Shown here in pieces: positions 9,933-23,810 of a stretch of 64,000 nucleotides of DNA (position 1 is the stretch's first letter; every line of letters starts with the position of its first letter). The notes under the pieces were generated by a model. It searched no databases. It was not told the origin of the DNA and worked only from the letters and a program-made list of their open reading frames with translations. A program made the translations under genes and the position numbers. The DNA is from an uncultured virus (IMG/VR IMGVR_UViG_3300037963_003836) (lineage: Duplodnaviria; Heunggongvirae; Uroviricota; Caudoviricetes): IMG/VR virus record IMGVR_UViG_3300037963_003836; one strand, 5' to 3'.

Positions 9933-10460
9933 TTATAGTCCTATTGGTACTTCGTTATCATTTTGATTTGAATTACCAAATCTTGTTTCTGCTAATTTAA
10001 TACTTGTTTGTCTTGAAACGTGAGTATCACATATAATAGATACATTTAAACCTTGAGTATCACCACCATCCCAATATTTAGGATTCTTTCCTGCAAAATA
10101 CTGATATGAATATGCTGCGTCTATTAAATGATATTCATTATTCCATTGTATAATATCACCAACTTCGGGTACCAACTCTCTATCAACTAACTGCTGTCTT
10201 AGAAATCTAAATTGAACCTCACGACTATATGATTGACCAAAGTCATCAGATATTTGTGATGCTTGATTTCTTTCTACTAACGCGGGTACTTTTATTGGAT
10301 TGTGAAATACTTTATTTTTTCCTTCACCGTATAAGTTCGCTTTTGTATCAGTTACTACTAACATATAATAGTACACTTCCGTATCTACGATATCGGTAAT
10401 AAGTTCCTTGTTCACCTTATTGAACAAGTCCATATCTCTTTGTCCACCAAACAATGCCAT
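9933..10460 (-). CDS. Neck / head closure protein (T4 gp14-like)
   Basis: NLYGE and PEVGDII motifs; follows the gp13-like gene. Confidence 0.7.
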   Translation of the reverse strand: MALFGGQRDMDLFNKVNKELITDIVDTEVYYYMLVVTDTKANLYGEGKNKVFHNPIKVPALVERNQASQISDDFGQSYSREVQFRFLRQQLVDRELVPEVGDIIQWNNEYHLIDAAYSYQYFAGKNPKYWDGGDTQGLNVSIICDTHVSRQTSIKLAETRFGNSNQNDNEVPIGL

Positions 10461-10463
10461 TTG

Positions 10464-11627
10464 TTATCCTATAAAAATTGGTCTTGGAACTCTGTTTAAA
10501 GTTTCCTCTAAGAATTCAGATTCTTCTTTTTTCGCTTCCATTAATGCTCTTCGTGAAGTTGCTTCTAACATTTCTTTTAATTCAGTGATTAGTGTTTCTC
10601 TTTCCGCTGCTGCTTCACTTCGTAAATCACCACCGTCAAGTGTTATTTCAGAGCCAGGAATTGGAATGTTACTGAACTTAGACCTGATTGCTCCTAACAT
10701 TTCTTTTGCTAATGCTAATGAATATCTTGCAATCCACTGTTTACCCGCACTATTAATATTTGTATATGTTAATCTTCCAAATGGTGCGTTTGATAAATCA
10801 CTTACAACATTTGAATTTGCAATCGGTGATTTTGTTTCACTTTCTAATGTATAATTAAAATATACTTTTGCACCTGCGTCACCTGTTGCAGGAACAGGGA
10901 ATAATTTTACTCTTTGTCCATCTACATGAAATCCAAATGATGATTTTCTTATGTAATCATTAAATTCAATCGCCTGTAATCTTAACAAGTCATCGAACAT
11001 CGGTTGCATCATAAACGATACACCTGGCGAATACGCTCCCCATCCAAATGTATTTAACATTTGTTGAGAACCAAGACCTGTTCCTACAAACGGGTCAAAA
11101 TATCTTATTATTGCTGGTGGTTGTGTATGGAATACTTTTCTTAGTGTAATCCCGTTTGATACTGAACCACTTTCTAAGTTAACAACATTATCATCACCTA
11201 AGTCATATATTTGTTGACCACCAACCATTTCAAAGGAACCTGTATATACAGTTACTCTACCACCACTTCCCGCTTCAGTACCATAATCTTTTGCAATATT
11301 TACTACTCCACCTAAGTTAGTAGCGATTTCAGTATCTTTTAAATCTAAATCTAATGAATTACCTTTTAAAGATAGTAAGTTTTCTTTAGCTCTATATTGA
11401 TTTACTTGTGAAGAATATTCATTTGCTGCTTCTTCTAAACACGCGAAAAAGTTTATATCTTGTAATTCGACATCTACGATTGGATATCCTAATCTTTTAG
11501 CACACCATTCTGCTACTTTCGGTGCGTCACTTTGAAATGTTGTATCACCATCAAAGTATCCGAAAGGAGTAGAAGAACCACTTGAAAACGAACCTGAACC
11601 AGGCCATATTGGTATATTTACTGCCAT
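10464..11627 (-). CDS. Neck protein / head-tail adaptor (T4 gp13-like)
   Basis: RLGYPIVDVEL; WI..Y.LALAKEMLG.IRSKF..IPIPG..ITLDG. Confidence 0.85.
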   Translation of the reverse strand: MAVNIPIWPGSGSFSSGSSTPFGYFDGDTTFQSDAPKVAEWCAKRLGYPIVDVELQDINFFACLEEAANEYSSQVNQYRAKENLLSLKGNSLDLDLKDTEIATNLGGVVNIAKDYGTEAGSGGRVTVYTGSFEMVGGQQIYDLGDDNVVNLESGSVSNGITLRKVFHTQPPAIIRYFDPFVGTGLGSQQMLNTFGWGAYSPGVSFMMQPMFDDLLRLQAIEFNDYIRKSSFGFHVDGQRVKLFPVPATGDAGAKVYFNYTLESETKSPIANSNVVSDLSNAPFGRLTYTNINSAGKQWIARYSLALAKEMLGAIRSKFSNIPIPGSEITLDGGDLRSEAAAERETLITELKEMLEATSRRALMEAKKEESEFLEETLNRVPRPIFIG

Positions 11628-11663
11628 TTTAAATCCCCTTTATGTATATAAATATGGACAAAC

Positions 11664-13361
11664 TTACCTTTCCCCATTTTCCATAAACGAAACTATTATA
11701 TAACGTGTCCCTTTTGTCACTGCTCTTGCCCCATGCTTGTGAGTTATGTTGCCAGGATGTAGGGTTGCATAACCGATATCATTCTTAATTAATTTCTTTT
11801 GTCGTCTGAACCAAGTACCACCACCTTCATACTCATTTAAGTCCGATAATTGTATCAAACAAGTAATATCTGCTCTATCATGATGTATAGAAAGATGTCC
11901 TTGTGCTGTTGGTATATATTTTGCTAAAAAGTTTTCAGCTTTCATAGAATCCCAACCTTTACCTTCCAATGCCCACATATAGATTGATAATGGCATAACA
12001 TATTCTTTTAATACTTCCATATAAATGTCATGCATTCCTATCGTCTGTAAGACCATATCTGTTGTAGGATAGTTTTCGTGTCTGTCTACTGTCCAAGAAT
12101 CAGAATGTTCTGCTTCTTCACGAATCATTTTACAAAACTCAGGAGTAAATAATGGAAATGAAAAACAATTATCAAATGGTTCATCTACTATCAAGTCCCA
12201 TTCTTTTGTTCTTGCTGAATATGTGATAAATTTATTTACCCATTCCTCTTTGTTGTTCCAATAATCGTAAAGTTCGGGATGTAATCTTTCTGTTTCTTCT
12301 GAATAACCTTCCATTACATCCATCCACTCTTTATATCTGACTTCCCAAGTCTGTTCTCTTGCAAATTGTTCACCTACGTTTAAATATTTTTGTGCTACTT
12401 CTTCATTTTCTCTTAAAAATACATATGAAGAAATTATTGTTTCTTTCATTAATGAGTTAGATAAATCTGACCTGATTAAACTACATTTACCATCTAATAA
12501 AGTTTTGAGATTTGCTGTATCAGTAGATATCAATTTAACTCTACCCATCATCATCTCTAATGCTGTTATACAATATGTCTCATCGTATGTGGATGGGTAA
12601 ATCCAATACTCAGATGATTTAATTTGTTTGTATAGTTCACTTGGTGGTAAATGACCTAACCATCTAACATCATTTGGTAACGATTCTAATACAGAAAGGT
12701 CCCAATCTTTTGTATATGGTGGTGATGCAATCCATAAAGTTAATTCAGGATTTATTTTTTTAAGTTTTGGCCATATATCAAGTAAATCAACTAACCCTCT
12801 ATCAGGTGATGATGTATAGATTATTTTATTGTTATATTTTTCTTGTTCAATACTATCAAAATCACTTGGAGTTATCGCGTTTCCTATTACACTTACTTTA
12901 GATGGTTCCAAACTATATTTTTCAACTAATACATTTTTTTGCCATTCTGATACTGCTATTATCTTATCTAACTTGTCGTGATTTAGATAATCCAATCCTT
13001 CATTTGGTAATTCTACACCATTGTACCAAGTATAAAATTCTTCATTATGAATCCAAAAATAAGATTTTTCATAATTTATTCCAAAATCCTCTAACATTTG
13101 AATATAATGTATATAATTTGTAGATATTACAATATCAAAATAGTTTTCACCACTATTAATAAAACTTTCTATACTTCTATACTTGACACCATCAACATCT
13201 TGGTCGGTAATACCACCTGTAATTGTTACATCGTGTCCATTTTGTGCGAATTGTTCTGAAAGTTTCATAACACAATATTCAGAACCACCCATTCCTTTAC
13301 TTAACCAATAATCTTTGTTAACTGATTCTTTTTGATAACCTACATAAATTAATATTTTCAT
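11664..13361 (-). CDS. GT-B (GT4-like) glycosyltransferase fused to a PLOD-type (procollagen lysyl hydroxylase-like) 2OG-Fe(II) dioxygenase
   Basis: N-part: GMGGSE, YTSSPDRGL, YPSTYDETYCITALE. C-part: PTTDM, HHD, YEGGGTWF, LHPGNITHKHGARAVTKGTRYIIVSF, closely matching the PLOD catalytic C-terminus as recalled (LHPGRLTHYHEG..T..GTRYIMVSF). Confidence 0.85.
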   Translation of the reverse strand: MKILIYVGYQKESVNKDYWLSKGMGGSEYCVMKLSEQFAQNGHDVTITGGITDQDVDGVKYRSIESFINSGENYFDIVISTNYIHYIQMLEDFGINYEKSYFWIHNEEFYTWYNGVELPNEGLDYLNHDKLDKIIAVSEWQKNVLVEKYSLEPSKVSVIGNAITPSDFDSIEQEKYNNKIIYTSSPDRGLVDLLDIWPKLKKINPELTLWIASPPYTKDWDLSVLESLPNDVRWLGHLPPSELYKQIKSSEYWIYPSTYDETYCITALEMMMGRVKLISTDTANLKTLLDGKCSLIRSDLSNSLMKETIISSYVFLRENEEVAQKYLNVGEQFAREQTWEVRYKEWMDVMEGYSEETERLHPELYDYWNNKEEWVNKFITYSARTKEWDLIVDEPFDNCFSFPLFTPEFCKMIREEAEHSDSWTVDRHENYPTTDMVLQTIGMHDIYMEVLKEYVMPLSIYMWALEGKGWDSMKAENFLAKYIPTAQGHLSIHHDRADITCLIQLSDLNEYEGGGTWFRRQKKLIKNDIGYATLHPGNITHKHGARAVTKGTRYIIVSFMENGER

Positions 13362-13364
13362 ATC

Positions 13365-14654
13365 TTACTCTACTATATAATTTAAAACTTCTTCTTTGTC
13401 ATAAAATCGGGTCCAATCCATCCAACGTTGTAATTGATAACATCTATTATCATCTTCATTCCAACTCCAATCAAAACCACCCAATTCTTTTATTCTTTTG
13501 TGAATCATTGGGTCATAATAATCTCTAATCAATCTTGCTCTACGATTAATATCAATTACATTATTATCAACTGTAGAATCACCATTATTATATTGTACAT
13601 ACAACATTTTTTTAAGATGTATAAATTTAGTTTCTAAAAATGTTTTTACAATCAATTCATAATCATCTGCGACTGATATATGTCTACTATGTCCTCTTAT
13701 CTTATGATAAGTATCTCTATTCCAAACTCTACAATGATTTGGCATACCAATATTAAATCTAATTGTTTTAGGGTTAATATCAGGATAGTGATGTACTAAC
13801 CATTTCTCACCGTCTCTTGTTTCCCAAGTATGTCCTGCATATCCCCATGCAAAGTTATTATCAGGATGTCCATACCAATCATCTCCTATACGACCATAAT
13901 CTCTTGGTGAATTATCTTTGTTAATTTCAGTTACGTCTGTATATATAAATCCTGAATCAGGATGTTTCTTACTTGCTTTAAATACATCTTCCAAACAAGT
14001 TGAAATTAACCAATCATCATGGTCTAATTCAAATAACCATTCACCATTACATAACATAGCTGCTCTATGTTTTACTTCACCAACGTTACCACCTGAGGTT
14101 GGTGTCATTTTATGTATGTGAACTCTATAATCTTGACTTGCGATATCTTCAAGATATTCCCAAGTTTTGTTTTCATCAGATGGTGAATCATCTACGACAA
14201 CCCACTCCCAATTTTCGTAAGTTTGATTTACCAAACTTTCATACGTTCTAAATATTCTTTCGTTTGTTATATAAGTTGGAGTAAATATAGATAGTATTGG
14301 TTTATCTTTATCACCATATACTTCTTTTTGTGATTTACATGCCCAAAATGTTGATTGACAAACTACATCATTAGCCAAAATATTATCAGATGGAATAGAA
14401 TCATATGATACTATCTTACTTGATACCATCGTATGATGTCCCATTTGTAAAATATTATTTCCAACTTCACCAATTACAATAATAATATCGGGTCTATGTT
14501 TTGCGAAATCTTTTTTAAAATCTATACTCGATTCATATGAATATAAAATAACATCTTCATACAAATCTTCTTGGTGATATACATCTGATTTTAATTTTAT
14601 TTCACCAAACCTATCCCAACCATATATTAATGCTGTGGGTAAACTTGTTTTCAT
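13365..14654 (-). CDS. Glycosyltransferase family 2 (GT-A fold)
   Basis: SIFTPTY, SLVNQTYENWEWVVVDD, ELDHDD (DxD), ADDYEL. Confidence 0.9.
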   Translation of the reverse strand: MKTSLPTALIYGWDRFGEIKLKSDVYHQEDLYEDVILYSYESSIDFKKDFAKHRPDIIIVIGEVGNNILQMGHHTMVSSKIVSYDSIPSDNILANDVVCQSTFWACKSQKEVYGDKDKPILSIFTPTYITNERIFRTYESLVNQTYENWEWVVVDDSPSDENKTWEYLEDIASQDYRVHIHKMTPTSGGNVGEVKHRAAMLCNGEWLFELDHDDWLISTCLEDVFKASKKHPDSGFIYTDVTEINKDNSPRDYGRIGDDWYGHPDNNFAWGYAGHTWETRDGEKWLVHHYPDINPKTIRFNIGMPNHCRVWNRDTYHKIRGHSRHISVADDYELIVKTFLETKFIHLKKMLYVQYNNGDSTVDNNVIDINRRARLIRDYYDPMIHKRIKELGGFDWSWNEDDNRCYQLQRWMDWTRFYDKEEVLNYIVE

Positions 14655-14660
14655 AGTAAA

Positions 14661-15263
14661 TTACCTATATGGTTCTCCACCTACCCAAAGAACGAAAGAC
14701 TTTCTTACACCCTTTGTTACAGGAGTTACTCTATGTAAATAAAATGATGGAAATATAACTGCTGCTCCTTGAGACCTTGGTGCTACCTTATGTTGACCAA
14801 TATTAAATTCCAAATCACCACCTTCATACTCATGTGAATCTGAAAGTTGTACTGTTACTGATACTTTTCTTTGGTTTTGAATTTGTTCACCACAATCCAT
14901 GTGCCATTCATATCCACCTTCTTGTGTTCCATAATATTCTGTATATTGGATTGATTCATTCATAGTAGATAAATCAAACTTCCACATTATGTCATTTGCT
15001 TCTTTTATATAATCGTGAAGTTTATTATATACCCACGCCCACTCAAGATTTTGTGGACACCATTTTATTCTTGACTTTCTGTAATCAGATACTTTTGAAT
15101 TATCACCCTCACCTGTTACCGCGTCTTCGAATTCAATCGCGTTTGTCATTTGTTCTATATTAACTAACTCTTGTGGGGAAAATGCGTTCTTGAACCAATA
15201 ATAATCAGTAAAGTTTACGTCTTGTCTGTATGTGTTTCTATCAAACGAGAAATTACCATTCAT
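14661..15263 (-). CDS. 2OG-Fe(II) oxygenase (prolyl-hydroxylase/PKHD-like)
   Basis: WHMD, RKVSVTVQLS, YEGGDL, FPSFYLHRVTPVTKGVRKSFVLW. Confidence 0.9.
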   Translation of the reverse strand: MNGNFSFDRNTYRQDVNFTDYYWFKNAFSPQELVNIEQMTNAIEFEDAVTGEGDNSKVSDYRKSRIKWCPQNLEWAWVYNKLHDYIKEANDIMWKFDLSTMNESIQYTEYYGTQEGGYEWHMDCGEQIQNQRKVSVTVQLSDSHEYEGGDLEFNIGQHKVAPRSQGAAVIFPSFYLHRVTPVTKGVRKSFVLWVGGEPYR

Positions 15264-15285
15264 AACTAATTGTTTTAATCTTTTA

Positions 15286-15293
15286 TATAAATA
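15286..15293 (-). promoter_or_regulatory. Putative late promoter TATTTATA upstream of the oxygenase/GT operon (one of about 19 copies)
   Basis: Same octamer recurs shortly upstream of many minus-strand operon starts. Confidence 0.7.
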
Positions 15294-15314
15294 TGAAAAT
15301 TATTTTAATAAATA

Positions 15315-19025
<3,711 letters not shown>

Positions 19026-19041
19026 CTGTTACCTTTTTATA

Positions 19042-22000
19042 TTAAGAGACACTTCCACTTGTATACATCAAAACGATACCTGTGAAACTTCCACTCTTAA
19101 ATGTTAATAATCCATCATTTAAAGAAAAACTAAATCCATCACCAGGCGCAGTTAGTTGATTAATTACCGTTCCTAATGCTGGTTCACCTTTTGCTCCTGT
19201 TACACCTTTTTGACCTTTATCTCCTTGAGGACTCGCTCCTTGTGCTCCTGTTGCTCCTTGTGCACCCTTTTGACCTTTTTCACCTTTAGGACTTGCACCT
19301 TGTGCTCCTGTTGCACCCTTTTCACCTTTTTGACCTTTTTCACCTTTAGGACCTTGTGCTCCTTGAGGTGATGAACCTTGTGCACCTTGAGGACCCTGTG
19401 CTCCTATTTCACCTTTTTGACCTTTAGGACTTGCACCTTGTGCACCTTGAGGACCTTGTGCTCCTACTTCACCCTTTTGACCTTTAGAACCTTGAGGTGC
19501 TGCTCCTTGTGCACCTTGGTCACCCTGAGGACCCTGTGCTCCTACTTCACCTTTTTGACCTTTAGGACTTGCACCTTGTGCTCCTATTTCACCTTTTTGA
19601 CCTTTAGGACCTAATTCACCTTTTTGACCTTTTGGACTTGCACCCTGTGCACCTTGGTCACCTAATGCACCTTTTTGTCCTTTCTGACCTTTTGCACCTT
19701 GTGGACTTGCACCCTGTGCACCTGTTGGACCTTGTGCTCCTTTTTGTCCTTTTTCACCTTTTGAACCTTGAGGTGAACTACCTTGTGCACCTTGGTCACC
19801 CTGAGGACCTTTAGGACCTTGTGCTCCTTGTGGACTTGCACCCTGTGCTCCTATTTCACCTTTTTGACCCTTAGGACCTTTTGCACCTTGAGGACTTGCA
19901 CCTTGTGCACCTTGAGGACCTTGTGCTCCTGTTGCTCCTTGTGCACCTCGGTCACCTTGAGGACTTGAACCCTGTGCACCTTGAGGACCTTGTGCTCCTA
20001 CTTCACCTTTTTGTCCTTTAGGACTTGAACCCTGTGCACCTTGAGGACCTTGTGCTCCTACTTCACCTTTTTGACCTTTAGGACTTGCACCTTGTGCTCC
20101 TATTTCACCTTTTTGACCTTTAGACCCCTGTGGACCTTTAGCACCTTGTGGTGATGAACCCTGTGCTCCTGTTGCCCCTTGACCACCTTGTGCACCTTTT
20201 TGACCTTTTGGACTCGCACCCTGTGCTCCTATTTCACCTTTTTGACCTTTAGAACCTTGAGGACCTTGTGCTCCCTGAGGAGATGCTCCTTGTGCACCTT
20301 GAGGACCTACCGCTCCTTTTTGACCTTTTTGTCCTTTAGAACCTTGAGGACTTGAACCTTGTGCTCCTTGTGGACCTTGTGCTCCTACTTCACCTTTTTG
20401 ACCTTTTTGACCTTTAGGACTTGCACCTTGTGCACCTTGTTCACCCTGAGGACCTTGTGCACCTTTTGCACCCTGTGCTCCTTGAGGTGATGCTCCCTGT
20501 GCACCCTGAGGACCTGTTGCACCTTTTTGACCTTTAGAACCTTGAGGACTTGCACCTTGTGCACCTTGTGGACCTTGTGCTCCTTGTGGACCTTTAGGAC
20601 CTTTTGCACCTTGAGGACTTGCACCTTGTGCTCCTGTTGCTCCTGTAGGACCTTGAGAACCTTTTGGACTTGCACCTTGTGAACCTTTTTGACCTTCAGG
20701 ACCCTGTGGACCTTTTGCACCTTGTGCACCCTGTGGACCTGTTGGTGATGCTCCTACTTCACCCTTTTGTCCTTTAGAACCTTGAGGACCTTTTGCACCT
20801 TGTGGTGATGAACCCTGTGCTCCTTGAGGACCTTGAGGACCTACTTCACCTTTTTGACCTTTAGGACTTGCACCTTGTGCTCCTTGTGGTCCTGTCGCTC
20901 CCTGTGGACCTTTAGGACCTGTTGGACTTGCACCCTGTGCACCTTGAGGACCTACTGCACCTTTTTGACCCTTAGGACCTTTTGCTCCCTGAGGACTTGA
21001 ACCTTGTGCACCTTGAGGACCTTGTGCTCCTGTACTACCCTGTGCACCCTTTTGACCTTTTGGACTTGCACCTTGTGGACCTTGTGCACCTACTGCTCCT
21101 GCTGGACCTGTATTACCTTTTGCTCCCTGAGGACTTGCACCCTGTGCACCTTGTGGACCTGTTGCACCTTTTTGTCCTTTAGAACCTTGTGGACTTGAAC
21201 CTTGTGCACCTTGTGGACCTGTTGCACCTTTTTGACCTTTTTGACCTTTAGCACCCTGAGGTGATGCACCTTGTGCACCTGTTGCTCCTGTAGGACCTTG
21301 TGCACCTTGTGGTGATGAACCTTGTGCACCCTTTTGACCTTGAGGACCCTGTGGACCTTTTGCACCTTGTGCACCTGTTGCACCCTGAGGTGATGCTCCT
21401 ACTTCACCTTTTTGACCTTTTCCACCTTGAGGACCTGTTGCACCTTGTGGACTTGAACCTTGAGGACCTGTTACACCTTTTTGACCTTTTTGACCTTTAG
21501 AACCCTGAGGACTTGAACCTTGAGGACCTGTTGCACCTTTTTGACCTTTTTGACCTTGTGGACCTGTTGGTGATGCTCCTGTTGCACCTTTTTGACCTTT
21601 TCCACCTTGTGGACCTGTTAACGATGCACCTGTAGGACCTGTATCACCTTGTGGACCTTGTGGACCTGTAGAACCTTTTGGACCTTTTGCACCTTGTGGA
21701 CCTAAACTACCTTTTGGACCTTTTGCACCTGTGGGACCTTTTGGACCTTTTGGACCCGCCCCACCTGTGGAACCTTTAGGACCTTTTGCTCCTGTTGCTC
21801 CCTGTGGTCCTGTTGCACCTTGTGGTCCTGTTGCACCTTGTGGACCTTTTGGTCCTGTTGCACCTTGTGGACCTTGTGCTCCCTGTGGACCTGTAGAACC
21901 TTTTGGACCTTTTGGACCTGTTGAACCTGTACCACCTTGTCCACCTGTACTACCTTTAGCACCCTGTGCTCCTTGAGGACCTGGCGATGCTGCTGGACCT

Positions 22001-22470
22001 AAGGCACCTTTTTGTCCTTTTTGACCTTTAGGACCTTGTGGACCCGTGTTGTGTACTAATAGATTACCTACAAAGTAATTATGGTCAGGTTCTACCTCTA
22101 TACTTCTAATTACTATAGGTTTTTCTACTAATTCTACGGAAATAACTTTTATGTCATTGAAAAATGATTTATGAGAACATTTACAATCATCAGATGCGCA
22201 TGACGTATTACCGATTGGTGAAACCCATTCACCATCTTTATATATTTTTATATCAACGGAAGTTTTTAACTCAGTTCCGTCTGAAAGTTTTAATTTTAAA
22301 TGAGAATCTATTTCTTGTGTTACAACTCTAACAACTTTATTGTCTCTGTAGACACCATTCTGTGTATCGTAACCTTGGACTTTATCACCAACTAATATAT
22401 TACTTATTGAAGTAAGTTTACCGTTGATTTCAAGTAAGGTATCTTTATGTAATCCGTGTATCAAACTCAT
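19042..22470 (-). CDS. Giant collagen-like protein 1 with N-terminal Hint domain
   Basis: aa 1-141 Hint-like (LVGDKV; ends [19 protein letters not shown]); about 960 aa of Gly-X-Y with GASP[QK]G interruptions. Confidence 0.9.
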   Translation of the reverse strand: MSLIHGLHKDTLLEINGKLTSISNILVGDKVQGYDTQNGVYRDNKVVRVVTQEIDSHLKLKLSDGTELKTSVDIKIYKDGEWVSPIGNTSCASDDCKCSHKSFFNDIKVISVELVEKPIVIRSIEVEPDHNYFVGNLLVHNTGPQGPKGQKGQKGALGPAASPGPQGAQGAKGSTGGQGGTGSTGPKGPKGSTGPQGAQGPQGATGPKGPQGATGPQGATGPQGATGAKGPKGSTGGAGPKGPKGPTGAKGPKGSLGPQGAKGPKGSTGPQGPQGDTGPTGASLTGPQGGKGQKGATGASPTGPQGQKGQKGATGPQGSSPQGSKGQKGQKGVTGPQGSSPQGATGPQGGKGQKGEVGASPQGATGAQGAKGPQGPQGQKGAQGSSPQGAQGPTGATGAQGASPQGAKGQKGQKGATGPQGAQGSSPQGSKGQKGATGPQGAQGASPQGAKGNTGPAGAVGAQGPQGASPKGQKGAQGSTGAQGPQGAQGSSPQGAKGPKGQKGAVGPQGAQGASPTGPKGPQGATGPQGAQGASPKGQKGEVGPQGPQGAQGSSPQGAKGPQGSKGQKGEVGASPTGPQGAQGAKGPQGPEGQKGSQGASPKGSQGPTGATGAQGASPQGAKGPKGPQGAQGPQGAQGASPQGSKGQKGATGPQGAQGASPQGAQGAKGAQGPQGEQGAQGASPKGQKGQKGEVGAQGPQGAQGSSPQGSKGQKGQKGAVGPQGAQGASPQGAQGPQGSKGQKGEIGAQGASPKGQKGAQGGQGATGAQGSSPQGAKGPQGSKGQKGEIGAQGASPKGQKGEVGAQGPQGAQGSSPKGQKGEVGAQGPQGAQGSSPQGDRGAQGATGAQGPQGAQGASPQGAKGPKGQKGEIGAQGASPQGAQGPKGPQGDQGAQGSSPQGSKGEKGQKGAQGPTGAQGASPQGAKGQKGQKGALGDQGAQGASPKGQKGELGPKGQKGEIGAQGASPKGQKGEVGAQGPQGDQGAQGAAPQGSKGQKGEVGAQGPQGAQGASPKGQKGEIGAQGPQGAQGSSPQGAQGPKGEKGQKGEKGATGAQGASPKGEKGQKGAQGATGAQGASPQGDKGQKGVTGAKGEPALGTVINQLTAPGDGFSFSLNDGLLTFKSGSFTGIVLMYTSGSVS

Positions 22471-22480
22471 ATTATACCCC

Positions 22481-23290
22481 TTATGTTGTTGTGTTCATTT
22501 CAAATACTATTGTGAACCCAAAACCTGTTGCTCGTTCTGCTTCTTCTCTGTCAAATTTTAGATTTAGTCTATCACCTTTATCAAAACTGTAAGTATCTCC
22601 GAAACTAAATTCTCTAATAGTACCTCTTGTTGCTGAAATTGATGCCTGTACAGAACTTCCTAAATTACTTCCGTTTTTTAATAGTTGTATTGTACAAGTA
22701 CCTGCTGTTGCGTTTGTATGTGGATGAACCATAATTTTTTGTACAGTTCCATCATACGGTGCTGCGAATTGATAGTAACCGTTTACTGTATGTTGGTCCA
22801 TTGTGTTTATACTTGAGAATGGAACAAATGCATTAGTTATACCTTCAAGTGGAACTTCACCATTTGTTGAAATCATCATAGGTGCTTTAGTTATACCACC
22901 TGATAATGATAAGTGACCTGTTACATGGGACCCTGTTGCTTGTGTTCTAAATTTTTGATTACCACCGTGATATAATTGAACCTCTCCTGTGTTGTCACCG
23001 TGTTTTGCATAGATTAATGGGTTTCCTTCCGTTGATTCCATCAACAACCAAGAACCAATAATGTATAATGCTCCGTCTGCGTCACCCTTACCTTCGTGAA
23101 TGTAAGAATTTGCACCGTTATGATATATTTTTAGATTTCCGCCATCACCTAGCGATATTTCTTTAGAGTCAGGAAGATGTATTCCTGAATTAAATGAACC
23201 CGTTCCATCGAAACGAACTTCACCTGACGCGGTTATTTCATTAAATACGGCATTACTGCCTGAAGTTACTACTTTTTTCCAATTTGGCAT
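22481..23290 (-). CDS. Virion fibre/decoration protein
   Basis: N-terminus [12 protein letters not shown]; tail-fibre-like LKIYHNG..SYI and VQLYHGG..KF.T segments. Confidence 0.6.
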   Translation of the reverse strand: MPNWKKVVTSGSNAVFNEITASGEVRFDGTGSFNSGIHLPDSKEISLGDGGNLKIYHNGANSYIHEGKGDADGALYIIGSWLLMESTEGNPLIYAKHGDNTGEVQLYHGGNQKFRTQATGSHVTGHLSLSGGITKAPMMISTNGEVPLEGITNAFVPFSSINTMDQHTVNGYYQFAAPYDGTVQKIMVHPHTNATAGTCTIQLLKNGSNLGSSVQASISATRGTIREFSFGDTYSFDKGDRLNLKFDREEAERATGFGFTIVFEMNTTT

Positions 23291-23408
23291 ATTCTAATCC
23301 TAATTTGCGGTTGGTAACACATTCGTGCCCACTTCCCATAAGGGCCAACAACCAAGATTTAACTTAATTTCTTTTATATAAGTATTGAAAAAATAAAAGA
23401 AAGTAAAA

Positions 23409-23600
23409 TTATCCTTTAATTATTGTATTACCTTTTTTTGGTCTACCTCTTTTTGGAGTTTTTAAGAAGTCTAACTCCATTTGGATTTTTTGTTGGATTC
23501 CTACCATCATCTGTGCTTCTGCACCTGTTATTGGTAGTTTATTTAATGCGATTTGTATAACTTTTAAATCGTTTTCTTCTAAACCTTTGTATTGTTCCAT
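23409..23600 (-). CDS. Small hypothetical protein
   Basis: 63-aa ORF in operon. Confidence 0.6.
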   Translation of the reverse strand: MEQYKGLEENDLKVIQIALNKLPITGAEAQMMVGIQQKIQMELDFLKTPKRGRPKKGNTIIKG

Positions 23601-23602
23601 AA

Positions 23603-23791
23603 CTATTTTAATTTATCGTGTTCTACTTGAATTTTTACTGCTAATTTATAGATTCTTTCAATATCTGTACCCTTAAAGGTTCCATTTGATATTAAAAATA
23701 AGAGAACCTCAAGCTCTTGTTTAGTGAGCTTGAGGTTTGTCTCTTGTTGGGTTTGTTGTATACTTTTTTTCAGTTGTTTGTGATTTGACAT
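23603..23791 (-). CDS. Small hypothetical protein
   Basis: 62-aa ORF in operon. Confidence 0.6.
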   Translation of the reverse strand: MSNHKQLKKSIQQTQQETNLKLTKQELEVLLFLISNGTFKGTDIERIYKLAVKIQVEHDKLK

Positions 23792-23810
23792 AACTAATTT
23801 TTTAATTTAT

